Shown piece by piece: positions 38,625 through 48,602 of a stretch of 64,000 nucleotides of DNA. The number at the start of each line of letters is the position of its first letter. Position 1 is the first letter of the stretch. This DNA comes from Spirochaetaceae bacterium (GTDB lineage Bacteria; Spirochaetota; Spirochaetia; DSM-2461): NCBI GenBank assembly GCA_051531975.1, contig JAOPTT010000006.1, positions 32,656 to 96,655 of the forward strand. Reading direction: 5' to 3'. The position numbers and the translations under genes are program-made. The notes under the pieces were generated by a model. It saw only the letters and a list, made by a program, of their open reading frames with translations, was not told where the DNA came from and ran no database searches.

Positions 38625-41600
38625 CTTAATTCTTTCTCATATTGTACAACTTATCTCTTTAACTATTGTTATCATTTTGTTCTTTTTTGTTATAAATCCT
38701 GGAATTACAGAATTACAAAAGATCTTATCTGAAAAAAAATTTGACATAATAAGAGAGTTAGAAGAAGAGTATGAGGTAAATATATCTTATGAATCAATTT
38801 CTCCAATTATTATAGATTCAATAAATATTAAAAATGTATCAATTCAAAGTTTTAGTGGTCTACAAAAAATTGATATTTCAGAAGTTGCTATAAAGTTCAG
38901 CCTTCTTAATATGCTATTAACTAACTTTAAGAGTGATAATCCTCCTCTTATTATCTCTTCAATACACCTAAAAACTGGGAAAATTTTCATTGATTTTGAA
39001 GACGTAGACTTTTTTTCAAAGTTTAAAGCAGGGAAACCTAATAATATTTTAATAAAACCCAAGATATATATAAAAAATATAGACTTGGATATGAACTTTG
39101 AATTATTAGTACTTAAATTAGATAATATTAAAGGGCACTTAAGCAGCCGAATGTCTAAATATTATGCAGATATTGATACTACAATTACATATGAATCTAA
39201 ATTAGATGTACCATTTGAATACATAACTGGAGATGCTGAAGTTAAAGCAGTTTTGGAGCGTAATTTTATAGACCTAGTAAGCAAAGTAAAATTAAGTAAT
39301 ATTTACTCTGATATAGGAACTATAAAAGATATAAAAGCAGATCTAACTTTATTAAATGGTGAGTTAAGAATTGATAAAATAGATAAAAAGATGGATTTAA
39401 CATTTATATATAAGATACCTCTATATGAAATGTTTTTTTCAATAGATAGTAAGTCCATGGGATTAGAGGATTTGTTTGTTCCAGATAGTACATTTAATCT
39501 TTTTGATAAGTTCGATGGCACAGTCTTTTCTGGAGAGTTAAGTGGATTATATAGCTTAATGAACAGAAGTTTTTTATATAATTCAGAAGGAAATATTTCG
39601 ATACCTCATTTAATAAAACAGATTCCCTTAAAACTGGATTTTAAATTTATTGGCGATCTAGACTACATAACTATTAATCGTTTAAATACATATACTTCAA
39701 AAGGATATTTAGGATTTAACGGTGGTATTAATCTAAAAACACTTTTTCCCCAGGGAAATTTTTATGTAAGAGATTTTAAATTATCAGAAAATAGTATTAT
39801 TAATTCTGACTTTGAAGTAAAGGTAATAAACAGTAATTTCATAAATGTTAATTTTGATTATATTGAATCATTAGGTTTAAAAATAAATGATATTTCTTCA
39901 TTATTATATATAGATGAAAACGATATTAGCTTTCAGGCAATTAGTAGAGATTCTGGTGGTAAAATTTCACTCTCTGGTAATTATAGTAAAAAAGAAAACT
40001 ATATATCGTCATCATTGAATGTTCAAAACTTAGGTATAAATTTTTTAACCAATATATTGGATAATGATTTAATAGACAAATATTTTGATAATAATAAAAT
40101 TTCATTTAATGCAAATTTAAATTATGATTTTAACAATATTTTTTATCGAATAAATGACTTTTCATTACTGGACTCAGAGGATAATACATATGTTGAATTA
40201 GAAGGCATGGGGAATCTAAAGGAATTTAGTATTGAAAACCTAAAAATTAATATACCGGATATTGAAATTCAAGCTAGAATAGATGGGAAAGTTCGAGGTT
40301 CTGAAATATCCTTAAAAATTGATTCACTTATCAATGATAATATATATATTTTTGATCTAAACTATGGCCATGATAAAATTAGTATAACTGGGTCTTATGG
40401 TTTAAAACTTGATTTAGTTTTTGGAGATTATAAATATTTAAATATTGAAGCAAATAATATTCCTATAAATTATAGAGGTATTACTGTTAATCCAAGATTT
40501 AAAATACGAACTGCTATTTTAGATGATAATTCTTTTCTATTATCAATTCCTTATTTTGAGACAAGTATTAGCCATGAAAAACTTATTTTTGATCCATTTA
40601 TATCATTTAGTGCCGATGGTTCACAAGAACATTTGAAGCTTACAAGTTTTAGGTATATTGATAAATTATCCTCATTATCTGGAAATATTGATCTTAAGAA
40701 AGAGTCCAATGATAATTATTATCTGAATTTATTATTATCAAATGAGGAATTAGAATCCTATGATATTAAGTCTTTATATTCATTATCTACTAAGAGTTTA
40801 ACTGTAGATTTAGATATTAGAAACTTTTTAGTAGATAGATTACAGTTAGAAAATGTTAGTGGGAAAGTCTCTACTAAGTTTAATATGAATGGAAATCGGT
40901 TACAGTTTAAGGTCAATGGTACTATGTCATCAAATGATCTTACAATAAATACTAAAACAACTAAAATAGATCTGGGTTTTAACATTACAGAGAAATTATT
41001 TACTTTACATGATTTACAAACTTCTATAGATAATATGCAATTTAATATACCATTATTAACATATAATTTTATTGATGGTGATATCTTAGGAAGAGTTGAT
41101 TCTATAATTACTTTAGGAGAGTCTAAGTTAACTACTGATATAGCAATAGACTTATCTGTTAATGAAATTGATGACTTTTTTAATTTAAATAGTGATATTA
41201 TAAATACTGTAAATGGTAAACTTAATATTGGAAGTCTAAAGAATAATAATGATGAATTATTTTCAAATAAAGGTTTTAGACTCTTTAATAACCCATCAGC
41301 ACTACAGATCTATTCTATAGATAAGAATCTAAAGATTATACATAATCATAAATCAGGGAAGATTATTGCAAAAATACAAAAACCATATTTTGCTGCTCTT
41401 ACAGCTAACGGTACATTAAAAGATGGTTTAATGAATATTAGTGTTAATGATATCGATATTGATGGTACAAAGGTTGAATCTTTTATATATGCAAATAAAA
41501 ATGATGATGAAAAGTTAATAATTTTAGATGATTTAAATATGAGAGGACAATTAAACTTAGTTGGTCCAATTGATAATCCAATAATGAATGGACTAATATG

Positions 41601-42870
41601 GATAGATACAAATATAGGTATTTCATATATCACAGATAAAATAGATCCTATTCGTGCAAATATAAGAATTAAAGATAATAAGTTCACTATTTTAAATACA
41701 GATATTAAAATTGGAGAGAATGGACTATTGAAATTTAATGGTGAGATGTTATTTGATTCATGGCTGCCTGAGACTATTTTAGTCCGGGGAAAAATACCAA
41801 TAGCTAATAAAATACCACTTGAATATCAGTATAATACTATAATCTGCGAAACAAATATTTATACAAATAATTTAGTCTTTTATTATGATGATTCTGGTAC
41901 GTTAATAACTGGGGAAGTCATAATAGAAGATGGAGAGTTTTATACTAAATTTTTGAACTCAACAGAACCAGTTGAGACAGTAATTGAAGAAAACGAATCT
42001 ATAAATAATATTTCTATCGAATTAGCAGTTAAGATTGGAGCAAATAATAGACTTTATTGGCCATATAGAAATTTACCTATAGTTCAGGCTAAGTTAAATC
42101 CTAATGATCAGGTATTAGTAAATTATAAATCAGTAAATAATGAGTATAGTATTGTAGGAAAATTATCAATCTCTGAGGGAGAAATTAATTATTCCGGTAA
42201 CCCTTTTATTTTAAAAGAGGGGTCGATTGAGTTAGATATTTCCCCTGAACAGTTAGATCCATATATTAAATTAGTAGGTTATAAAACTGTTCTTGATGAT
42301 GACGACAGACAAGTTGAAGTATTTCTTGAATATGAAGGTGGTTTCTTTTCAGATTTTGAACCAACCTTTAGTTCTAGTGATGCAAGTAAGTCAGAAGAAG
42401 AAATTAATCGATTAATTGGAGTTGCTGTAATAGGTGAAGATGATGACCTAGCAATTAATGCCTGGGATATACTAAGTGAAAATGCTGATTCAATTTTAAA
42501 CTCATATCTAGCAAGACCTTTAGAAGAAGCTATAAAAAAAATTATAGGATTTGATGAAGTTAAGATACAAACTTCTTTCATTACAAATATTTCATTTGAT
42601 GCTGAGGATGAAACCGGATATAATCTATCCGAAATGTTAAATAATACAAGTATTACTATTGGACATTTTGTAACAAAAGACTTTTTTATTAAAGGTAGTG
42701 TTGGAACTATATTTGAAGACGACCAACTTCAATCCGAAGTTGATTTAGGTTTAACTCTTTATTCCCCTCATTTTCAACTGGGGTTTAATTTGAGCCCTAA
42801 ACTGTCAGATTTTGTTTTTACACCAGAAATAGAAATTTCAATTGATTGGGTATTAAATCCAGGCAAGTAA
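38608..42870 (+). CDS. tamB: TamB/AsmA-like translocation and assembly protein
   Basis: 1420 aa, N-terminal TM, beta-rich body, DUF490-like C-terminus (F.LKEG.I...DPYI), immediately upstream of bamA as in spirochaetes. Confidence 0.75.
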   Translation: MSIKNNLILSHIVQLISLTIVIILFFFVINPGITELQKILSEKKFDIIRELEEEYEVNISYESISPIIIDSINIKNVSIQSFSGLQKIDISEVAIKFSLLNMLLTNFKSDNPPLIISSIHLKTGKIFIDFEDVDFFSKFKAGKPNNILIKPKIYIKNIDLDMNFELLVLKLDNIKGHLSSRMSKYYADIDTTITYESKLDVPFEYITGDAEVKAVLERNFIDLVSKVKLSNIYSDIGTIKDIKADLTLLNGELRIDKIDKKMDLTFIYKIPLYEMFFSIDSKSMGLEDLFVPDSTFNLFDKFDGTVFSGELSGLYSLMNRSFLYNSEGNISIPHLIKQIPLKLDFKFIGDLDYITINRLNTYTSKGYLGFNGGINLKTLFPQGNFYVRDFKLSENSIINSDFEVKVINSNFINVNFDYIESLGLKINDISSLLYIDENDISFQAISRDSGGKISLSGNYSKKENYISSSLNVQNLGINFLTNILDNDLIDKYFDNNKISFNANLNYDFNNIFYRINDFSLLDSEDNTYVELEGMGNLKEFSIENLKINIPDIEIQARIDGKVRGSEISLKIDSLINDNIYIFDLNYGHDKISITGSYGLKLDLVFGDYKYLNIEANNIPINYRGITVNPRFKIRTAILDDNSFLLSIPYFETSISHEKLIFDPFISFSADGSQEHLKLTSFRYIDKLSSLSGNIDLKKESNDNYYLNLLLSNEELESYDIKSLYSLSTKSLTVDLDIRNFLVDRLQLENVSGKVSTKFNMNGNRLQFKVNGTMSSNDLTINTKTTKIDLGFNITEKLFTLHDLQTSIDNMQFNIPLLTYNFIDGDILGRVDSIITLGESKLTTDIAIDLSVNEIDDFFNLNSDIINTVNGKLNIGSLKNNNDELFSNKGFRLFNNPSALQIYSIDKNLKIIHNHKSGKIIAKIQKPYFAALTANGTLKDGLMNISVNDIDIDGTKVESFIYANKNDDEKLIILDDLNMRGQLNLVGPIDNPIMNGLIWIDTNIGISYITDKIDPIRANIRIKDNKFTILNTDIKIGENGLLKFNGEMLFDSWLPETILVRGKIPIANKIPLEYQYNTIICETNIYTNNLVFYYDDSGTLITGEVIIEDGEFYTKFLNSTEPVETVIEENESINNISIELAVKIGANNRLYWPYRNLPIVQAKLNPNDQVLVNYKSVNNEYSIVGKLSISEGEINYSGNPFILKEGSIELDISPEQLDPYIKLVGYKTVLDDDDRQVEVFLEYEGGFFSDFEPTFSSSDASKSEEEINRLIGVAVIGEDDDLAINAWDILSENADSILNSYLARPLEEAIKKIIGFDEVKIQTSFITNISFDAEDETGYNLSEMLNNTSITIGHFVTKDFFIKGSVGTIFEDDQLQSEVDLGLTLYSPHFQLGFNLSPKLSDFVFTPEIEISIDWVLNPGK

Positions 42871-42886
42871 AATATGAGGAGAATTA

Positions 42887-45373
42887 ATGAGCAAAATCAG
42901 TTATATTCTAATGTTTTTATTTTTTATTACAGGAGGTTTTCTTTTTTCTCAAGAAGATGATAACTGGGTACAAGGTAAAACTATTATAGATATTGAGTTT
43001 GAAGGACTTGATAATGTTGATAAAAATGAATTAAACGGGGTAATTAATAACTATATTGGAGAAGTCTTTTCAGATGAACTTTTTCTAGAATTGCAAACTC
43101 TTATGTATGAGTTAGATTATTTTGATATAATTGTTCCAAATGCAAAACCTGGTGATGATTCTAATGAAACAGTTATTATTGTTTTTAAAGTTCAAGAATC
43201 TCCAACAATTTCAAAAATAAAATTTGAAGGTAATAGTGTATGGAGTACTGAATTACAAAATTCAATTGTCTTAAAACCAAAAGATATATATTCGGATTTT
43301 AAACTTGAACAGGCTCAGAAAGCATTAGTAAACTTTTATATTGATAAAGGATATTCAAGTGCAACTGTTGATATTGAAAAAGATAGTGATCCTGAAAAAA
43401 ACTCCTTAATTGTTACATTTAATATAAATGAAGGTGTTCAAACTTTAATACGTGAAATTAATTTTAACGGTAATAATATATTTACTACAGATAAAAAATT
43501 ACGGGCTCTAATAGAAACTAAAAAGAAATCTCTTTTTAAAGATGGTGTATACCGTGTAGGTGTAATTCAATCTGATGTGTTATTAATCGAAGGTTTATAT
43601 CATAACAGTGGATATATAAAAGCAAAAGTTTTAGATGTTAAAACAACTTTAACTGATGATGAAAAAGATCCTGAAATTAAAAATATGGTAATTGATATAT
43701 TCCTAGAAGAAGGTGATGTATATACTTATGGTGGTATATCCTATGCTGGAAATAAAATATTTACGGATGTTGAATTCGACGCATTTGATTTCATGGATTA
43801 TGGTGCTGTATATAATAAATCAAAACATGAAGGTCGTTTCATTAAAATACAAAGTTTATATTATGATAATGGTTATATTGAAAATAGTTTTCATGATGAA
43901 ATTGAAATTGATGAAGAGAATAAAGTTATTTCGCATGTAATTTCAATCAGAGAAAGTGGTATTGCTCACATCGGTAAAATTTCTGTTAGAGGGAATGAAA
44001 AAACTAAAGATATTGTTATTCTTAGAGAGATATTAATTGAACCAGGAGATGTTTTTAGTAGAAAAGAGGTATGGAGTGCTTTAAGTAATATTATGAGTAC
44101 TAGCATATTTACCAATGTTGTTCCTCAATTAGAAAAAACTGAAGATGGTAATATGGATCTTGTATTCGAAGTTGAAGAAGCTCGAACACTTACTTTAATG
44201 GGTGGTATTACTGTTACTGGAGCTGATTTTGAACCAGCTTTAACATTTAGTTTAAAAGATTTAAACTTTATGGGTATGGGAAGAACTTTTGGAGGTACTT
44301 TAAATCTTGGTTTAGATACCCAATCATTTTCTTTAGAATACAATGAACCACGTATATTTAATACTGAATTCTTTGGTGGAGGTTCACTGTCTTTCACCCA
44401 TTCTGAAGAGGACATGCTTGAGTTAGCAGGGGAAGACTCTGAAGGTCTTGAATATCCAATTCTTACTGGAATATCTTCTTTTGAAGAGTATGAAGCGTGG
44501 GAAGATGAAGGTAATGAAATCGACGAAGATGAAGAAGATTTACATCAGTATGATATTTCTTTGGCTATTTCCGGTGGACATTTATGGTATACAGATTTAG
44601 GGCGTGTTAGAGCATCCAGTGGTTATTCTATATCTTTGGACACTTATGTTTATGATAACGATTTTGTACCATACGAAACAGAATATAGAGAACGAGAATC
44701 TGAAGAATGGGAGTTTTCTGATAAGTGGTGGGCCAGAGGTGTCTTAGATAATAGAGATAGTCCTGTAGGAACAACTGAAGGGTATGGATTTTCCCAAGGT
44801 TTAACGATTGGTGGAATACTTCCATTAGATAGTGAATCCCATTATATAAAAACAGTTTCTAATGCAGATGTTTATTTTAAGCTAGTAGATACTCCAGTTA
44901 ATGAAGATTGGGATTTTATACTATCTTTAAGACTTCATGGTGCTTATACAAGAATATTTGAAAAACCTGGATACGATCTATTAGATGCAGATAAAACAGC
45001 AAAAATTGATGGTATGTTTGTTGGTCGTGGTTGGTCATCTGAAGGTAGTGGAACAGCATTATTAGATCTAAAGGTAGAATTAAATATCCCAATTGTTCCA
45101 AATATGTTTGGATCTACATTCTTCTTTGATGCAGCAAATGTATGGACTGATGATGAAGATGAAGGAACGCTTGATATTGATGACTTTAAATTCTCATTTG
45201 GTGGAAGTATAGGAATTACAAATCAAATTATGCCTATTTCATTTTTTATTGCCAAAACATTTCAAACTGAAGATGGTGATATTAATTGGAGTCCGGAAAG
45301 TGAGTACAATAAAATATTTGATGATAATTTAACATGGGGTATTTCTTTTAACCTAAATTATCTATTGAACTAG
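42887..45373 (+). CDS. bamA: Outer membrane protein assembly factor BamA
   Basis: POTRA repeats (IEFEGL, IKFEGN, INFNGN, GNEKTKDIVILRE), NFMGMG, barrel with GRGW and FFDA. Confidence 0.93.
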   Translation: MSKISYILMFLFFITGGFLFSQEDDNWVQGKTIIDIEFEGLDNVDKNELNGVINNYIGEVFSDELFLELQTLMYELDYFDIIVPNAKPGDDSNETVIIVFKVQESPTISKIKFEGNSVWSTELQNSIVLKPKDIYSDFKLEQAQKALVNFYIDKGYSSATVDIEKDSDPEKNSLIVTFNINEGVQTLIREINFNGNNIFTTDKKLRALIETKKKSLFKDGVYRVGVIQSDVLLIEGLYHNSGYIKAKVLDVKTTLTDDEKDPEIKNMVIDIFLEEGDVYTYGGISYAGNKIFTDVEFDAFDFMDYGAVYNKSKHEGRFIKIQSLYYDNGYIENSFHDEIEIDEENKVISHVISIRESGIAHIGKISVRGNEKTKDIVILREILIEPGDVFSRKEVWSALSNIMSTSIFTNVVPQLEKTEDGNMDLVFEVEEARTLTLMGGITVTGADFEPALTFSLKDLNFMGMGRTFGGTLNLGLDTQSFSLEYNEPRIFNTEFFGGGSLSFTHSEEDMLELAGEDSEGLEYPILTGISSFEEYEAWEDEGNEIDEDEEDLHQYDISLAISGGHLWYTDLGRVRASSGYSISLDTYVYDNDFVPYETEYRERESEEWEFSDKWWARGVLDNRDSPVGTTEGYGFSQGLTIGGILPLDSESHYIKTVSNADVYFKLVDTPVNEDWDFILSLRLHGAYTRIFEKPGYDLLDADKTAKIDGMFVGRGWSSEGSGTALLDLKVELNIPIVPNMFGSTFFFDAANVWTDDEDEGTLDIDDFKFSFGGSIGITNQIMPISFFIAKTFQTEDGDINWSPESEYNKIFDDNLTWGISFNLNYLLN

Positions 45374-45382
45374 GAGAGAATT

Positions 45383-45898
45383 TTGAAGATTAAATTATTA
45401 GTTATATTTATTTTTTTAACAGTTGTATTTAATGTAAATGCAAATAATGACTTAACTAAAGTTGGTGTTGTTGATGTCAGTGAAGTTTATACTCGATTCA
45501 GTAAAGAATCGACAGATGCAAGAAAGTTTGATGAATATAAGAGTAAAATAGAAGATGAAATATCAAAAAGAAAAATTGAGATCGATAATATTGATAAAAA
45601 TCTCATAGATGCTCGGGATAATGATGATCAAGAACTTGTTGCAGAATTAGAAAGTAAATTACAAATATCAAAGATTAATTTACAAAATTATGTGAGATAT
45701 AAAAATAATGAATTAAGAGCTTTAATATCTTCTGATTCAACAAAAGGAGATTTTTCTGATCGGTTGCAGGATGCAATGAAAGAAGTAGCTCTTCAAAATG
45801 GAATTTCAATAATCATGCATAAAGATGATCCAAAAATGTTGTGGTATTCTCCAGATGTTGATATAACTGAATTAGTTATAGAAAAAATAATGAATTAG
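45383..45898 (+). CDS. skp: OmpH/Skp periplasmic chaperone
   Basis: Signal peptide, KVGVVD, coiled coil, LWYSPDVDITELVI. Confidence 0.88.
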   Translation: MKIKLLVIFIFLTVVFNVNANNDLTKVGVVDVSEVYTRFSKESTDARKFDEYKSKIEDEISKRKIEIDNIDKNLIDARDNDDQELVAELESKLQISKINLQNYVRYKNNELRALISSDSTKGDFSDRLQDAMKEVALQNGISIIMHKDDPKMLWYSPDVDITELVIEKIMN

Positions 45899-45906
45899 GT
45901 GGTTAT

Positions 45907-46278
45907 ATGGATATATCAAAACACTATAGTAAAAGTATATCAAAAGTTTTTAAAAAGAATTTTGATAAAGATTTAGAGAAGTTTAAGTCAGAGTTTCTAC
46001 CAATTTTTGTAGATTGTGGTAGAATGTTGCCAGAGGATGTCTCAACTGAGATTTTTAATAGATTTGTTACATTTTCAGAAAGGGATTATAAAGAGGCTCT
46101 TTATCATTTAGTTAATGTTTTTGAGTTATTCGAAGAAAATTATGATATCGCGAATGACCCTTTTAATGAAGAAGAGTGGGAATATATTAAATTAGTTATT
46201 AATGATAGTACCGAAGAGTTTGGTTTAGAATTAGTACAATATATTATGCAAGTTATGCTTGATCTAAATATTATTTAG
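45907..46278 (+). CDS. Hypothetical acidic protein
   Basis: 123-aa ORF with AGGTGG RBS, last gene before a terminator. Confidence 0.7.
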   Translation: MDISKHYSKSISKVFKKNFDKDLEKFKSEFLPIFVDCGRMLPEDVSTEIFNRFVTFSERDYKEALYHLVNVFELFEENYDIANDPFNEEEWEYIKLVINDSTEEFGLELVQYIMQVMLDLNII

Positions 46279-46280
46279 TT

Positions 46281-46309
46281 AAGAGGCACAATTAATGTGC
46301 CTCTTTTTT
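46281..46309 (+). terminator. Intrinsic terminator of the bamA-skp operon
   Basis: AAGAGGCACA-ATTAA-TGTGCCTCTT followed by a T run. Confidence 0.85.
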
Positions 46310-46346
46310 ATTAATGTGTTAATAAAAAGGAGTCGAAAATAATATT

Positions 46347-46664
46347 ATGAGTATAAATAATATAGATCCTAATTTATCTACAGCTACTAATAGAGCTAAA
46401 GCACTACAAGATAGTGTTAACAGAGACGATACTGATAAGAAACTTTTAGAGACTTGTAAAGAATTTGAGTCAATGTTTGTAAAGCAGATGTTAGATTCTA
46501 TGAAAAAAACAGTTAATAAGTCTGGTTTCATAAAAGAAAACATGGGTGAGCAGATTTTTGATGACATGCTTAATGATGAATATTCAAAAAAAATAGCAGA
46601 TACATCGGGATTTGGAATTGCAGAAATGATGTATAAGCAACTTGCTGGTAAAAAGTATCAGTAA
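46347..46664 (+). CDS. Single-domain FlgJ-type rod-binding protein
   Basis: LLETCKEFESMFVKQMLDSMKKT...IFDDML.DEYS...GFGIAEMMYKQL; no muramidase domain. Confidence 0.85.
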   Translation: MSINNIDPNLSTATNRAKALQDSVNRDDTDKKLLETCKEFESMFVKQMLDSMKKTVNKSGFIKENMGEQIFDDMLNDEYSKKIADTSGFGIAEMMYKQLAGKKYQ

Positions 46665-46682
46665 AGTAGATTTCTCTAATAC

Positions 46683-46711
46683 TTGTCATTTATACAACCC
46701 TTAGTTATATT
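46683..46711 (+). promoter_or_regulatory. Sigma70 promoter upstream of the small ORF and tsaD
   Basis: TTGTCA-N17-TATATT. Confidence 0.6.
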
Positions 46712-46730
46712 GTATGTTAGGAGTAGTTAA

Positions 46731-46910
46731 TTGGCAGTGAGAATTGAAATAATTAAAATAGAACATAAAAAAAGAGTTCCAGCTGTACAGTGCGAAGGTT
46801 CACTAAGCTGTGAATTAGGTGAAGCTATAGTCGAGATGGTTCCAACACTTTTGGAACATGGTACTTCATTAAATCAAATATCCACAATGTTATGGGGAAA
46901 GCAGTGCTAG
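46731..46910 (+). CDS. Putative 59-aa small protein not in the ORF track
   Basis: AGGAG (46719-23), 7-nt spacer, TTG start; MAVRIEIIKIEHKKRVPAVQCEGSLSCELGEAIVEMVPTLLEHGTSLNQISTMLWGKQC*; stop overlaps the tsaD start. Confidence 0.55.
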   Translation: MAVRIEIIKIEHKKRVPAVQCEGSLSCELGEAIVEMVPTLLEHGTSLNQISTMLWGKQC

Positions 46911-47917
46911 TTTTAGGTATTGAAAGTTCATGTGACGAATGTGCCGCCTCAATTATTAAAGATGGAAAAACAGTATTAAGTAATATAATTGCAACTCAAA
47001 TTCAAGAACATAAAGTTTATAAAGGTGTCGTTCCAGAAATAGCTTCTAGAATTCATACCAATTGGATCTTTGGAGTTGTAAAACAAGCTTTAAAAGAGGC
47101 AAATATAACTGCTAATGATCTAACAGGAATTGCTGTTGCTAATAGACCAGGTCTTTCTGGGGCTCTATTAGTAGGAGTCTCTTTTGCAAAAGGTCTGGCA
47201 TACTCTTTAGGGATTCCTATAATTGGTGTTGATCATGTTAAAGCACATCTATATGCATCACATATTGAAAATGATATAGAATATCCTTACATTGGCTTAC
47301 TTGTTTCAGGAGGTCATACTGTTATTGCAAAGATAACTGGATTTGACGAAATGGAAGTTCTTGGCTCAACCATTGACGATGCTTGTGGTGAAGCTTTTGA
47401 TAAAGTTGCAAAATTTTATGACCTTGGATATCCAGGTGGAAAAATAATAGATGACCTTGCAAAAAAAGGAAATCCAAAATCTTTTAACTTCCCACGATCA
47501 AGTTTGCATAAAGGTGACCATAAATACGATGTATCCTACTCAGGATTAAAAACAGCTGTAATAAATCAATTAGATAAGTTTTGGGATGGAGTTAGTGAAA
47601 AATCCCCTGAAAATATAGCTGCCTCATTTCAGCATGTTGCCATCGATGTATTAATAAAGCGAGTTGAAAGAGTCATTAAAGATACAGGAATTAAGACAGT
47701 TGTTGCAGGTGGTGGAGTTACTGCTAATAGTTATTTAAGAACCAGATTAAAAACATTATATGGTGTTAAAACATATTTTCCATCGCTAACATTATGTACT
47801 GATAATGGTGCTATGATTGCAGCTTTAGGTTCAGGACACTTGTTAAGAGGAGAATCTGATGATTTTTCTTTAACAGCAGTATCAAGAGTTATGGCTTTTC
47901 GTCGGGGATACCCTTGA
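46904..47917 (+). CDS. tsaD: tRNA t6A threonylcarbamoyltransferase TsaD
   Basis: VLGIESSCDE, GVVPEIASR.H, HVKAH, LVSGGHT, DDACGEAFDK, SYSGLKT, CTDNGAMIA. Start GTG 46904 or ATG 46892. Confidence 0.96.
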   Translation: MLVLGIESSCDECAASIIKDGKTVLSNIIATQIQEHKVYKGVVPEIASRIHTNWIFGVVKQALKEANITANDLTGIAVANRPGLSGALLVGVSFAKGLAYSLGIPIIGVDHVKAHLYASHIENDIEYPYIGLLVSGGHTVIAKITGFDEMEVLGSTIDDACGEAFDKVAKFYDLGYPGGKIIDDLAKKGNPKSFNFPRSSLHKGDHKYDVSYSGLKTAVINQLDKFWDGVSEKSPENIAASFQHVAIDVLIKRVERVIKDTGIKTVVAGGGVTANSYLRTRLKTLYGVKTYFPSLTLCTDNGAMIAALGSGHLLRGESDDFSLTAVSRVMAFRRGYP

Positions 47918-47978
47918 TTTTATAAATAAAAATCTATATTATCTTTAAGGATTTAGCCAAATTCTTAAAGGATGTATT

Positions 47979-48515
47979 ATGAGTTATAATTTAGATTCTG
48001 CAGTTAAAAAAATACCCAATTTTCCTAAAGAAGGAATACTTTTTTATGATATCACAGGAATTTTAATGAGACCTGAAGCATTTAGCTTCGTTATTAAAAG
48101 AATGGTAGAGTTATATAAGGATAAAGGGTTTTCATCAATTGCCTGTGTTGAGTCTAGGGGATTCATATTTGGTGCACCTTTGGCAAAAGAACTTGGATTA
48201 CCTATTGTATTAGTTCGTAAAGCTGGTAAATTACCAGGAGATCTATATAAAAGATCATATAAGTTAGAATATGGTGAAGCCGTAATTGAAGTTCAGAAAT
48301 CTGATATTCATAAAGGTGATAAAGTTTTGCTAGTAGATGATCTACTGGCCACAGGAGGAACACTCCAGGCCGCCGCTTTTATGTTTCATGAAGCAGGTGC
48401 TGATGTTACAGATATTTTTTCTGTAATTGGATTACCGTTCCTGAATTTTAAAGAAAAATTCAAGGGAATTAATGTTACGACGTTAATTGATTACCATGAT
48501 GAAAATATTAATTAA
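47979..48515 (+). CDS. apt: Adenine phosphoribosyltransferase
   Basis: PNFPKEGILFYDIT, ESRGF, RKAGKLP, VDDLLATGGT. Confidence 0.96.
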   Translation: MSYNLDSAVKKIPNFPKEGILFYDITGILMRPEAFSFVIKRMVELYKDKGFSSIACVESRGFIFGAPLAKELGLPIVLVRKAGKLPGDLYKRSYKLEYGEAVIEVQKSDIHKGDKVLLVDDLLATGGTLQAAAFMFHEAGADVTDIFSVIGLPFLNFKEKFKGINVTTLIDYHDENIN

Positions 48516-48537
48516 CCGCCAAATGGCGGTTTTTTTT
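48514..48537 (+). terminator. Intrinsic terminator after apt
   Basis: AACCGCC-AAAT-GGCGGTT followed by a T run. Confidence 0.85.
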
Positions 48538-48545
48538 AAAACAGA

Positions 48546-48595
48546 ATTGAATACAGATGCATATATATGCAATAATGTCTGTATAAATATAGAGG
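48546..48595. promoter_or_regulatory. ARG-box-like operator cluster upstream of carA
   Basis: TGAATACAGATGCA (48548-61), perfect palindrome TGCATATATATGCA (48558-71), TGTATAAATATAGA (48580-93). Confidence 0.6.
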
Positions 48596-48602
48596 AGTCT
48601 AA

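Noticed and set aside
46312..46339. TAAT...GTCGAAAA as a sigma28 promoter for the flgJ-like gene
   Set aside because: Several mismatches, non-standard spacing, and it overlaps the AAGGAG RBS-like sequence.
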